From assembly GCF_964355755.1 (NCBI RefSeq), contig NC_092673.1, positions 4,836,001-4,900,000 of the forward strand: a DNA stretch of 64,000 bases, written 5' to 3'. The DNA is from Antedon mediterranea (Eukaryota; Animalia; Echinodermata). Shown piece after piece: positions 1 through 13,570 of the stretch (positions within the stretch are counted from its first letter, which is position 1; each line of letters begins with the position of its first letter). A program made the position numbers and the translations under genes. Below the pieces are notes generated by a model. It saw only the letters and a list, made by a program, of their open reading frames with translations, had not been told where the DNA came from and ran no database searches.

Positions 1-295
1 GCGGCGTACAACTCCATAGGTCTGAACCAGGATCGGCAATTCATTTTGCAACTCTTGGAAATTTACAGACACGTATCGCTCGACGTACGCTCATACAGCG
101 AAGAATGTATCGAGTTATTCAAGAACGAGTTTACAAATTTTTCAATTTACGAATAACATTTTGTACTGTGTGGAGCACGTATTTGGAGGATTTTCAGAGA
201 TGAGGGTGAGGGGATGGGGGTTCGCAGTCGGTTAAGGGGGTTCGCTGTAAAGGGGGGTTTGCCCGAACCATAAACCCCCCCTGGCTACGGGCCTG
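1..295. mobile_element. Terminal part of a non-autonomous DNA transposon/MITE, truncated by the window start
   Basis: CpG/GC-richer segment ending in ...CCCCCCCTGGCTACGGGCCTG (~275-295), a terminus style common in invertebrate MITEs, then an abrupt return to AT-rich intron. The other end is not visible. Confidence 0.4.
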
Positions 296-408
296 CTAAT
301 TTCTCTGTATGTACCACATAACTAGTTCTTACTGTATATTGCAAATATAAATCTATAATTTCTAGTATGAAAGCCAAGCCCTAATTATTCAACCTCAACA
401 TTTCTTAC

Positions 409-3400
409 TGTTCTTTATTCTTGTCTTTTTCTTATATCCATGGCCATTGGTTGCCCGCTCTTCACTTTCCTGTAACCATTTCTCTTCAAGATCACAAGAG
501 AATACCACTTTCTTGGGCATCTTGTGTTCCTCAATATTTGGTACAAAAACATCATCTTCATATGGAAATATCTATATAAAATATAATGAGTATTTTTGAA
601 AGTGGATGGTTAAAATGGATATATATATTAGACTGCACAAAAGTGAATGCAACTTTTTTCTTCTTTTTTAGTAGCAAGCTTTTTTTTCAGAACAGAAGGC
701 AGAAATTTACTAAATCTGCATATTAACTGTTCTGTTAATATTGGGATTGTATTTTTGTATTTGGTTTAACTTCCAAAAATGAAAGCTGGTTAATAATAAC
801 ATAGGTATTTCAACATTGTAATTTGTATTCAAATTGACTGTTTGTCTTTACAAAGATGATGTAGAATTTAAAAGTAAAAAAAGATAAATTAACAGTACCT
901 GTTGATCATAGTCTGAATTGACAGTTGGATCATATTCACCTCCACTGCTAAACCCATAATTTGTATCAGGATCGATATCTCCACCACCAGTCTGAAACCA
1001 CATTGCATGCCTCGGGCATGGCTGGCCAATGTCAACAACGTTAGCATTACCACCAACATTGGTTCCTTTACCACACAGACAAGGTAAATCTGTCTGGTCA
1101 TCTTTATGAAGATCGAACACTTCACTCATGTACTCTGCACCTGTCAAGTATGGAGGAGTTCTTGTTTGAAAGTTTGTTGGAAATGATGCAGAGATGATAT
1201 CTGGTTCTCTTGTTTGTTCTGTATAGTAAGAACTGCCTTTAGGATAAATAGTTCTTGGTTGATTACCGTCAGATAGGTATCCTGCTTCTGAAATATCCCA
1301 CTTGCCTATCTTTTCTAGATATCTTTTGGTGCAGTCCATCGATAGTTGATGTTTAGTTGTGTTGGACATAACAGGTTTCGATGTAGAGTACTCTATTCCA
1401 TCAAACGATGGTAACAGTGCATTGCCTTTGTCGCTGTTGAAATTCTCATCTCTGGCCACGGGCGAGTCTTCGGAAGAAAAACTCTCTCTGATTGGTCTGA
1501 AATGTGTTTTCGGTGAGATTAGCAGATCTTCAAACTCTCTGCGACTTTTTTCGTGAGGGCTCATAGCGTTTCTGTGTCTTTCAAAACTACTGCCAAAACC
1601 AATTGGCTGACTCTTTAAGTTTCTGATAGGTTCAGGCTTTGTAATAGCTGGTTTGATGGTTGTTAGACTGCCACATAAGCTTTCAGAATCACTGGCACTT
1701 TCAGTTGTTTTTGGTGTTGTTGAAGGACACCATGGGATGAAATCATACTCAGCCTCTGATGCCTCTTTCATCTCTTGCTCAAACGATACCGGTTCATTAA
1801 CCTTTGACTTGATATTACAAGCCGTTTTCAAACTTTGAGTAAGTTCCAAAATATTCTCAGTCTCTTTCATAACCTCATCAAATAGTTCTTGATGAGTGTC
1901 CCCAGGATGCAATTCAGAGTTATCATCCTCTTCAACATGTCCTCCAGATCGTGCAAAGTCAAACCGTGACGAGTTCCTCCTCGAAGTAACGAACACTGGG
2001 CTGTCAATACCAGCATCTTCACTGCAGAAGGCTCCTCCGGTATCACTGTTATAATCAAGAGCAGAGTTCCTTCGTGATGACGAAATAGAACTAACACTGC
2101 TTGATTTTCTTTGCACTTGAGATATATGCTGTCGTCGTGTGATAACAGCATGATGCAGAAGTTTAGAATCTAACTGTGCTTCTTCGTTAAAAGGAGTATC
2201 CCAAAGATCACGCAAACTGTCATCGTATGGACTCTCTGTCCTGCTACTACAAACACTATTCAATTGACTATTATTATGGCTAGAATAAGGGCTACCATAC
2301 ACACCACCTTCAATAAACTTAGTTTTTCTCATTAGTTTACTCAGTCCAACCCCATGGTGACCACAATCCCAGGTCACAATTTTCGGTGGTTGAACACAAG
2401 ACTCCTGCATATCATAAGTAGACCACATGGCATTGTTCACATCTCGACCCGATTGCTGAACGGGCTGATATCCACAGTTTAATCCGGCTGTTGGTTGGTA
2501 GGCATCCTGTGTTGGATGGGTAACAAATGCCACTCCATTTTCATCTTCAGATGAGTAGTGCATGAAGTTAGTAGTGTAGTCAGCTCGCGACCAATGCTGC
2601 TGTTGATGTGTAGTGTTGCATCCTACTAGTGCCATTGACATTTTCACATGTTCGTGATCATGCTTATGATCACAGATTTGAAGTAGGCTATCTGATAACG
2701 AATCCGACGCAAAAGACCTGTTTGACCTTGCGTCATCTTCGATATTTTCATTAGCTCCAGTAAAAATGGTCAGAGATGTCACAGTTTTTTCATCTCCTAC
2801 TGTTGCCATCTCACTGCAGCTTTCCGTATTCCATGGATTAGTGGTAACCTTTGGTTCGTCCGACTTCCATATGTCTGCTAAATGAGACCTGGAACCAAGC
2901 AGCTCTTTCATCTGTGAGCTGTCTTCATCTCCATCATTCTCACCCTCATTTTCAATATTTCTGTCAGGCAATTTAAATCCCAAACTATCACCCATCACAA
3001 AACTCAATGGCCTCGGAGTATCACCGAAACCTTTCGATCCAATTCTTGGTAATGTATTGCACTTAAAATTTCTTGCACTGCTATTTCTTAAACCATCTCC
3101 AAAACCTTCCAAACCAGTAAAATCTTCTCGCTTCCTATCTATAGGGAGGTCTTCTAAGACAGCCATCTCATCAATAATTTCCTTACATAGACTTTCTGTA
3201 ATAGAGCTGACAGCATCCTCTAATGTACTGTCATCCGTGGTCTCACCCATGACTGGACTGGTTCCCTCGGAGCGATAGACTGTTTCAAATTTACTTTTCT
3301 CAGATGTTGTACTAAAGACATCCATAACAGGGTCCACATACCAGCTAACATCTTCAGCATCGGATTCATAAGGAGTTTCTCCTTCCTGTTTCAACAATTC

Positions 3401-6400
3401 CACTTTCGTTTTATCTTTCCTTTCTTTTACAGGTAAATTTTTTTTGTTTGCTTTTAATTCTTTTCCATTATTTCGTGGCTTCTTCCTATGTTTGACGGTG
3501 TTTTTCTGTAAATCATGTTTATAATTACAATTGTCGCTATCTTGGATAGAGACGTTTGGCAAGCTCTTCGGCCGTCGCTGAAGATTAGACTCAACCGGCG
3601 AATTGCTGTGACGTGATACTGAAGCTGATTTACTTTTCGTTTCCTCTTTTTTCGATAGCTTTTCAGCAAATGTTGGTGATTTTTTCTTGTTATTTTTCTT
3701 GTAAAAACTTTCATTCCAATCTGTGTCTGTGTGTAGAGAAGGGAATGCTTCGAAGTACCTGTAAAGAACGTGCCAAAAAGATGAAAATTAGCAGTTATTT
3801 GATTTGATTTATTTTGATACTATGCCATATATGTTGATCTTGTGATAAAAAAAATCTTGAATAAGAACAATAAACTCAGACTGTAACCTTACTTTTTTGA
3901 AAAGGTGTAGGATGTAGCTTTTGAGTTGGCCCTTCCCACAATTTTAACAAAATGAGAAAGACTAAAAGTCAATTAGGTCTACCATCAAATATTCCATCTA
4001 CATTTTTAGAAGGATTTAGATTGATATGTCATAGGTATGAGTATTCTAGACGTTGATTTCAGTTCTGATGATGAGAATAGTATTCGTCACAGTATTTTAA
4101 TTAAGTTTTCCTGTTCATTAAATGCATTACAATTTTGATTTTAACTGTTTATTGATGGTATCATACATGATAGATGATAATGTAGATATAATAAACCAGG
4201 TACTGTATGTATAATATGAACTTAATATCTTTCAAACTACTATAGCACTTACTTCATTGCTTTATTTTCATCCTTTGAATTGCTTTTTTTGTTTTCTTTT
4301 TTGACTTGTTTTTTTTTCCCGTTTCCATTTTCTCGCTTGCTTTGTTCATCTTGAAGTTTCTGTAGTTTCTGACACAACTCCTCTACCAAACCCTCAATAC
4401 CACATTCCTAAAAAAAGAAAATTATAATATATTTATTTCAAATAACATACTGTACTGTAGAGTAATAAAAGCCTAAAAACATGATACACAAATGCAAATT
4501 GTTAGTTTCACATTTAAAGGACACTCCTCTATCACCAAAATACAATCTACATTGACTTTTGGTTCCTCATTTTATTAAATATGAAATACGAATAAAATGT
4601 TTTGCTATCAGAATGCACACAATGTTATTTAAAATTCAACTTTCATAAGATCCGTAGCCTACTATTTACATAATACACAATACAATATAATCATTATGTG
4701 GCTCTTTGAAATTGGTTTGAAGGGAAATACCCTAAAATCTTTTGAGTTGGAAAGTTGGAAATCAAACATATTCTGGTATTTGAACAGTATCCGTGTACAG
4801 TAGTTTATTCTTGCATATAATTATAAGTTGAGTGACAAATGCAACAGAATATCCCCTAAAAATGTTTTAAAATATATCTTCTGTTTTATTTTACAATCAG
4901 TGCTTTATTTTTGTCCATCCGATAAAAAAAATGTATTTACCGTATACAGCAGAACTAAATTCATATATACCTATAGTACAGTACAATTTATAACCCATAT
5001 GAGCAAAACTGACAAAAATAATTATATAGTGTTTTGTCAATTTTACAACAAATTAATTCATTTATAGTAAACGAAGGCCAGCTTTAAACTACTATTAAGT
5101 ACTAGTCACAATAAGAAGGCCAAGTTCGCTAGTAGTAGGAAGGGATTATGTTAAAAACCCAAGAGGGACAAAAGGGTTTTTACAAAGGAAATATGATTAA
5201 TGGGTTGAAATGGGATAAAATTATTTCCCTTGTTCAGTAGTTTTACAAATGTCTGGGTTTTAGTGTACAAACAAATTGTACTATTTTTATTTATGAAAGT
5301 AAACAATGAACTATTTTCAATTACTGTAAATTCTTACTGTATAAAATCATATTGAAAAAAAAAATCATTCCTATTATATTACTAGAGTAAAAATAAGACT
5401 GTTTGGCTGTCTACAGTACCTGTGTAATAGTTGTGACAATTTAAAATTTGTAATCCCAGACCTATTGTGATTTTTCTCAAGGTAAGCACAAAATATTCTA
5501 TTATTACTCAATTGTACACGTGACTACGTAAATGTATATACAGGAGGGCTAAAAAAAGTGGTCCTAAGTACAAAAATCATTCAATTCAAGTACATTTTCT
5601 ACTGCATGCACAGAGTTCATTTCAGTACCAACAAAGCCGTTAAAGTACAAAAATCATTCAATTCAAGTACATTTTCTACTGCATGCACAGAGTTCATTTC
5701 AGTACCAACAAAGCCGTTAACCAACACTTACCGCAGTTTATTTATTACTTCAGTAGTACATACATAGGCAACAATAACATTGCCAACAAACATCACAACA
5801 TACACACAAATTAAACATGTGGCACCTCCTGTTATTTGAAAGCATACTTTGCAATATACAGTCCATAAAATAAGTCTCAACAGCTGTCTACTCTGTATAA
5901 TGTGTTTTCACATTCAGTAATCAAATATATCAAACACACAGTATACATCATTTAATACATGTATTATTTATTAAGCATACCACATCATGATTTTAAAATC
6001 TGTTCCTAATCGGACAAGTTAATTAACAGTCACTTTCTATTAGGGTAAATAATCAGCTACAAAACAATCTTGGTTGCAACACAGCTAGACAATGTACAAT
6101 ACTGAAAATTCCTGCTCTAAAAAATATTTGACATCTTACAGAATCAAAGATTACGATTATATTATTGTGTAATCACAAAGCCGCAATTAAATTCAATGAC
6201 CTTGGTTTAAAACGCATACTGTAGTATTCATTGAATACAAAAAGCATAACATGGTGCATAACAATGTGTAAATTCTGTAATTCTCAACAACAATAAGTAC
6301 TCAGAAAGCAAGACTATTGTGACATACTGTAGAGAAGTCACATTTGAATCGGGAAATAAAACGATTCTAAAAATGCAGTCGGCTATCAAATACATCCTCT

Positions 6401-9400
6401 GAATACTAGGAAATAAAATAAATGAACCAGTAAATTAAAAACAAACAAAATACAACTCAACAGAACTGTTTATCAATTATACAGTACAATAATTGTGATC
6501 TTGAGGGACATACTGTACTGTACAGTACATATACAGGGAATAATTTCGCCAGCAAAAAGCTATACAGTACAACTAAACAGTACCTTACTGCAGTGCTACC
6601 GAGTCACTCACAAAATTGTGTAGCAATTTTAACATTAAACATAACATTTATGTTCTAGACCCAGTTTCATTAGACCTTAATAAACACAATTTATTTATTT
6701 ATTATTGAAATAAGCAGTATGGCACACATTCTATTAATGTTTTATGATTTAAGTTTACTACAGGCATTTACTGTAGTACTGTATTGCATAATAATGTTCA
6801 AAGGCTAAGTACAGAATATTGGTGATTACATAAACTTACTACTTTAATGGAATTTGCCATAATGTTCTCTATGATGATGCTCACTGTTTGTTATGATACT
6901 CATAGCACATTCGTAATTCAACTTCAAAAGTTGACAGCAAAAAATCAAAATATGAACGAATTAATATATATATTTTTTGTACAGTAATTAAATAATAATT
7001 CACCAAAATATGTTTTAGATTAGAGTGTTTGTACTGTGTTTAAAAATGTATGTTATGATTATCTGCCAGTGTGTGGCATTTACAACAAAATGTTTTATTA
7101 ATAATACAATAGATAGGTTATCATAATAATTGTGTAGTAAGTGTGAATTATCCTACTCACTACTGTACACTTGACATCAATTAATCAGGAAAATTATACT
7201 ATAAAACCTAAAATCAATAAGTAACGTGTTGTTATGGTGAAGAATTACATTTCTAATTGATTTCACGTCAAGTTAATATCATACTTTCATTTCGTTTTGC
7301 ATACAATGATAAACAAGAATTTACAAGAGCCAAGCCAGCACCTCTTAGCAGCGTACACCAGCTCAAACTGACATTTTTAAACTTCGCACCTGCAGGTGAA
7401 ATGTTTTAGTTGGTAACTAACCATGATACAGTAACCTTGGAGATGAGATGACCTCTAACACAAAATTATCCTCTATTATCCGAGTATCAAGACGAATAAA
7501 CTCCAATAATAAGTTCCAGTGAATGAGGGCATGACAAACCCCCATAAAGGTGCCTAACAATAGCGTCTAGGCATTGTAAAAAGTAGCATCATAGAAATTC
7601 AATCAAACACGCAGACTGAACAAAAACATTAGGATGAGGAGATCCTGTTAAAACCTCCTGTTCGGAGGCACATGTGTTTTGCTACTGCCCTGACAATGGC
7701 ATGCGTGGTATGTTGATACTGTTCGAGGGGCCTCACTATATATGGCCTAATTAATGGAGGCCGGGCCTATGGCCAGCACTGTAAAGCCAGCCTGCCAGTC
7801 AAGCAGACAGTTCATAGTTCATAAGAGTGGAGATAAACAATGTTGTATGCTTATTATTTTTGGCTGAAGTTCATAACAATAAACTAAACTACATAACTAT
7901 ATTTAATAAAATAGTTTAAATCCACTATTTTAAAATTAAGTTGAGAAAATTACTTTGAATAAAAAAGAAATTATTTATTATTTCATCTAAAAGTGTTATT
8001 ATATTCATGTATACTGTGGTAGGAAACAAAACGCATATTAATTTGCACTTCCTGTTTTCCTACTCTCTCTTTAATTAAAATAATCTAATTAATTACTGGA
8101 AGTATTGTTTATTAATTAATATATTTAACTTGAGTATATTCAATTGCATGATTTAATTAATATCAACTAACATACATACTGAACTCACAATTAAATTAGT
8201 AAACTTAATAACATGAACATGTATTTAATATTTAACTGGAAGGAGGTATAAAGTTCGTTTATTTTAATTGGTTTATACTATGTTTATATACAATGTCAAT
8301 TGTACATTAATGATACCAAGTGTAAATATTTATTTCTCACTCATGGATACACTGTACTTGTAGAGGCCAAAGTGCACAATATCTAACAGTCTCAATGTAC
8401 AGTACTGTTACTATAAATATACTTTGAAAATGCTCCTAAACAGGTGCAGATAAATAGGGGGGATGGGGGTGTGTGTAGCCGGCCCGGACACCCTCTAAAT
8501 TTTACAACTTGTAATGCAAAATATACAGTAGGACATCAAATTAAGTCCATTTCACTACTTTTATTCTCTGGAACCAACCTCCCCCCGCCCTCACCCATCT
8601 ATTTCAAAATCCTGGATCTGCCACTGCTAAACACTAGTATTACTATTACATAACTACTTGCCCAGCATACAGTGATCAAATTTTACTAGAATGTTAAACT
8701 GGGAAGAAATAATATTAATGACATAATTCAACATTGAATGACAAGCAAATATTATGTTGGATAAATGACCTAATGTTGTCTACAGTCGGCTATGACAGCA
8801 GGAATATACACACAAAAACCAATACTCATATAGAAACAGGATACAATACAGAAAAACAGGACTTCAATTAATACTATGGGTGTACAGGCAGTTGATTGCT
8901 TCCTAGTGGGATGTTACAACCACGGTTTCATGGAATGATTTTATTTTAGTGGTTAAAACAAATCTATTTTGAGGAAAGAATAAACAAAACATAACAATAA
9001 AAGAATGTTGTACAGTACTATTTAAATAAATGTTATTTTAATTGATTAATTCAATTAAAATTGTGTTTAGTTGGGCGTGGTTGTTTTAGGTAACAGTAGT
9101 GAGTAGGATAATTCACACTACTTACTACACAATTATTATAATGATCTTGTGTATTAGATCTCTCATAGTTTTTATTTTGTAAACCTATAGAGGTACTGGA
9201 GGACAATACTGTCCCACTGTCATAATGTAATGGGGTGTACTGCAACCTGTTATAAACACTGTCTTACTGTCCACACTGTACAATTACTGTACTGTTTGCC
9301 AATTTTGGCAATGATTGTTTGAACGTCAACGTGATGGTGAGGGGGGATGATTATGTGACAGGAAGTTGTCTCATAACTAAAATGAAAGTTACATTGATAG

Positions 9401-12046
9401 AAAACATCCTTTGTAACTTGAAACACTAGAAATTTTAAACCACACATGAATCATCATAAATTAACAAATTTATAAAGTAAAACAAAAAGCTTTAAAAAAA
9501 AATTGAATATATAGATAGAAAGCTATACTTAAAACAAATATAGCAATTAATTAATGTGTATTTAAATTGCATCTCTAACATTTATTTTATTCAGTTCACA
9601 ACAAAAAGCGATGAAACCGCCACTAATATGCCCTTCTCAATCACACCTACAGTACATTTTAAAAGTTGGCTACAATGTTTTTAATTTTATAGGCACAAAT
9701 TTCAGATGTTCCAACTGCCAAGTTAACAAGGTGCAAGGAGGTTAACAATACATATTGTTAACGAATTTAACGTAATAACACGTTTTAACAGATTTGACGC
9801 ATTTTAAATTCATCACAAAATACCTGGTCTAAAATGTAACTTGATTATTTCACCCTACAGTAATTGTGCAATACAAAATATTTACTAAGCACAGAGTAGG
9901 GACATAACAACCAACAGAATATAATATACTGTACTACACGCAAGGACACAGTAAAGTTCAGACAAAGAGACTAAATGAATTTTATAAAACAAGTCCGTAT
10001 CCATCTACAGTAGTCATAAGTAATTCAGAAAAGGATAACTGATTTCTACTAACTAGTTTAAAAGACATTGAAACAAATAAAAGAAAGTGAATTATAAAAA
10101 AATTAATTACTACTGTACTAGTAGCTTAATTAACCTAAACACGTGATCAAATTGCTACAATAACAAAAGAACTGATGTGATGAAACATCCCCCTGCAATC
10201 AAACTTCAAACGGAAACACTCAGTGTTTAACGACAACTAGCTTTCAATGGTTACCATCAAATCATTGCTACAGTTTTCAGATTCCTAATCAAATAAAAAC
10301 TTGCAATAAAGTTACTTACTTCTTTGCTTGCCATGACACTTGACTAAAGGCGATTGTAAAACGCGTCAAACTCTTAAGAAAAGGTAGATGGCCGACGAGA
10401 ACACATACAGGAAATTGACAGGAAAACAACCAATCTTATTTCCGTGGTTCCACGTGTGACTCATCGCATAATTTAACATATCACTTTAGGTACAATCAGC
10501 AGAATCTTGATTTACCACAATTATTGTGACATATCCGTGACAAAATATTGAAATAGCCAATCAAAATCACCATCTGATCGTACGCTGCAAGTTTCAAAGT
10601 TTGTCAAACTTTATCAGGCGAAGCACGTTGTTAATACATGTTCGCTTCGTTTTTTAACAAATTACTTTTACGAACGTCCTAATTTAGGCAGAGAACCCTG
10701 GGGTATTATACTGGTAAGCAAACTCACAAAAAGTGATTTTCATAGGGTGAACTGTCTTCTAGAGTGGATCATTTTGGTCACTGGAATATGCCTCACAAAC
10801 TTGATTAAATATGATTGATAGTGAAATATTCAAACTACTGTATCTACTGTATAAAATGTGCTAATTTATCTTAACATTAAACAATTTCATAATTTAAATT
10901 TTTAATGTCAGAAAAATTTTGTTTAGTTTTCACTTTTATATTACATAATTACAGTACAGTATATCATACAGTATCTCATACAGTATCTCAAACGATAATA
11001 ATAAATTTGTTGAATTGTATTTACTTGCAAAGTAACGTACTTGATTTCTAATTTAAATTATGTTTTTAAAGATCTTTAATTAATATCAAATTCCTAAATT
11101 TAAAAAAAATATTTATCTACTGTATGGTTGGTACCCATCACACTGTGTACTGTACAGTATTTATAAAGTTGGCATAAAATATGCTAATAACCAAACTAGA
11201 AATCAGCGTGTACAATAGTATTAATGTCTTATCAAATTAACCAGAGTTTTAATGTCTTATTAAATTATCCATAGTTGTGCTTCATGCCATGTAATAGGTA
11301 GTTGTAAGTTGCCAACACAGCACAGCATCTGACTGCCCTGGATACTATGTTACTAGAGTCTATTGACCCTTAAACTATGTCCACTAAAACAAAGTACAGC
11401 TTGGATGGATACAATGATAACTAACTTGACCTACATCTCTATAGCATCTACACTGTTCACTGAACACGGTTGTCAACATGTGTAGAAGATAAGGATGATT
11501 TTTTTTTAATTTAAAAAACAATATTTCTATAACTAACAGTGAACACTCCAAACCTAATAATTAATATACTTTTTCAGAACATTGATCTACAAGATATTTT
11601 TTTTAATTGATTTTTTTTAAACATTGATTATATTGCTGTACAAGAATTAATTTAATTATTATTTTATTGAATTGACTTTGTTTTGTAGCTTCAGGTTTAA
11701 TATACGCTCTACCTTCAAATCACATTCTGACTCCTATTTTAAATTTGTTTACAATGTTATTGTTATATAAACTTACCTGTTCTGTAACAGACTGAAGGCA
11801 CTGCAGAACTGCAGTCTTCTTTAGATCCTCTGATGACCATGAATAGCGCCCTCGTTTGTTTCCTCGACATTTGCCTCTTGCATCTTTTCTATACATCGAA
11901 TTGTAATCAAACTCGGGCTCCATTTCATAGTTATCTTGCTGCAGTATACTAAGAATATAGTGAGAGTAGATCATTGCATCTATCCCTCGTACCTCCAACT
12001 CCTGACCAAGCCACACCTTCACTGAAGGCAGTGATGGAACAGACAT
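409..12046 (-). CDS. KIAA0232: KIAA0232-like uncharacterized protein (spliced; 3' end probably beyond the window)
   Basis: Exons 12046-11777 (ACCACCATG start), 4407-4253, 3758-899, 571-409; GT-AG introns with phases 0/2/0 consistent, about 1149 codons. N-terminus VKVWLGQELEVRGIDAMIYSHYILSILQQD...KKTAVLQCLQS...ECGIEGLVEELCQKLQKLQ and YFEAFPSL match my recollection of KIAA0232 (WLGQELEKCGIDAMIYTRYVLSLL, GIETLVEELCSRLKDLQ, YYEAFPPL). The 904-aa ORF 848-3562 is the body of the 2.86-kb exon. The last exon either splices at the GTAAGA donor (408) or reads on to a TGA four codons later. Confidence 0.88.
5566..5719. repeat. Perfect tandem duplication, 2 x 77 bp
   Basis: AAGTACAAAAATCATTCAATTCAAG...CAAAGCCGTTA at 5566-5642 and again at 5643-5719. 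Confidence 0.92.
8441..8626. mobile_element. Degenerate short MITE
   Basis: Imperfect inverted ends CAGGTGCAGAT.../...GGATCTGCCACTG with a G-run and C-run subterminally; GC-rich island in AT-rich intron; no clear TSD. Confidence 0.4.
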
Positions 12047-13178
12047 GGTGGTCTTAATTTCGTAATTATTCAATTACTTAAACTACGACAAACTATTTCA
12101 TTGGAACTTTTTTTAATAGTCCAACGAAAATGCGTTTGTTTGAAGTTAATCGATAGACATCTTAAGCCCTCAGTTCGTCAACTGAGGGCATGATAAGATG
12201 CGTGCTGAGGGAGAATGGATGGGTGACATCATCGGCAACTATCGTGGCAAGAATGTGAAACAGCACCAAGCTGGTTGCAAAAGTCATGTTGTTCTAATTA
12301 CAGTTCATGTTGCCAAGTTCGATGTTGATTCTCAACCTAGTTTTTGTTTAAAAAGCAAAGAGTTTATATTTTTAAAATATTTCTAAACTTAAGTTTTTCC
12401 TTCAAAAAGATTTAAAATTGTCTGCTATTTTGTATATTACAGTTAGGCCCATGATTTTTACCTGTTTTAAATACAAAATGTATAACATTCAGCAGTTATT
12501 TATTGCGTAATAACACACAGTTTGAAGCTGTTTTATTTCAGCACAAAATGTTGACATGAACAATAATTAAATATTTCCTGGTGACACATTGCTTTGTCAA
12601 AACTATAAATTAGCCAAAAATATGATATTCAAATGCAGGTGTTATTATGCGCAATTTGAACGATTTGGTAAATTGAAATTGCGCAAGAAAATCTGCCTGC
12701 AATAGGCCTAATTTATATATCACACACAATGTTAAATGAATTAGTAAATAAAAGTGTACAGATTACAGAACAGTATTACATAATATCATTTACATTAATT
12801 GCATCATTCAATTAAAAAAATGTTTACTTTTAAATAATAAGTAGTATGTCAATATATAAAGGGCGTAACTGGGCCTTGGCTAACATGGATCGGCGTAGCT
12901 AGGTCCAGCCTAGGCTATATCTATATTTTTATTTTAGGCAGGGCCAGCCCTTTTCTCTCTCTCCTAGCCTAGCAGAATAGCTAGCATAGAGAAGGGGAGA
13001 AGGCTAGGCTACTAGGCCTAGACCTAACGCTAGCCTGATTTTGGATATATAAAATCAAGTTTTGCACAATTGAATAAGAACATAACAATTTGTGCATAAT
13101 TAAAATATAATTCAACTTTTAAAAAACATATAAACCAATAGAAATTCAATAGTTTCAATTAAAATTTTGCCTACGTAC

Positions 13179-13570
13179 CATCGAATAAAAATGATGAAAC
13201 ACAACGATCGAGAGTTCCTCCAACGTTGACTTTTGACCTGTTGTGTGTGTGATGATCTGTCTGCGCATTAATATCATCACTTAAGATATTAATATTTCTC
13301 CCATCCATTTCTCTCTCTGAGCCCAGATAAAATAGATTTTAATATTGTAAAAAGTGAATATTATTTTTATGCTACCTAATAATACGTACAGTTTATTAAA
13401 AATTATTCTCAATAAGCAATATATAAAATCATCGAACTATTTTATCAAATGCGGATCTCTTGTATATCTTCACCATGACAAAAGAGGCGCGCGCATTATG
13501 GATACTTGATTGGTTCAGAGTACACTAATTGATATTCAATCATGATTGGGACGACGCGGAACTTATAATT
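13179..13570 (-). promoter_or_regulatory. Putative KIAA0232 non-coding first exon and promoter
   Basis: Minus-strand donor-like ATG|GTACGT at 13178; CpG-containing stretch with two ATTGG (CCAAT on minus strand) at ~13509 and ~13545 and a CGGAA motif at ~13557. Inference from position and motifs only. Confidence 0.35.

Noticed and set aside
848-3562. Stand-alone intronless 904-aa gene
   Set aside because: The ORF starts at a TTG; the frame is open upstream to the acceptor at 3759 and has a donor at 898, so it is an internal KIAA0232 exon.
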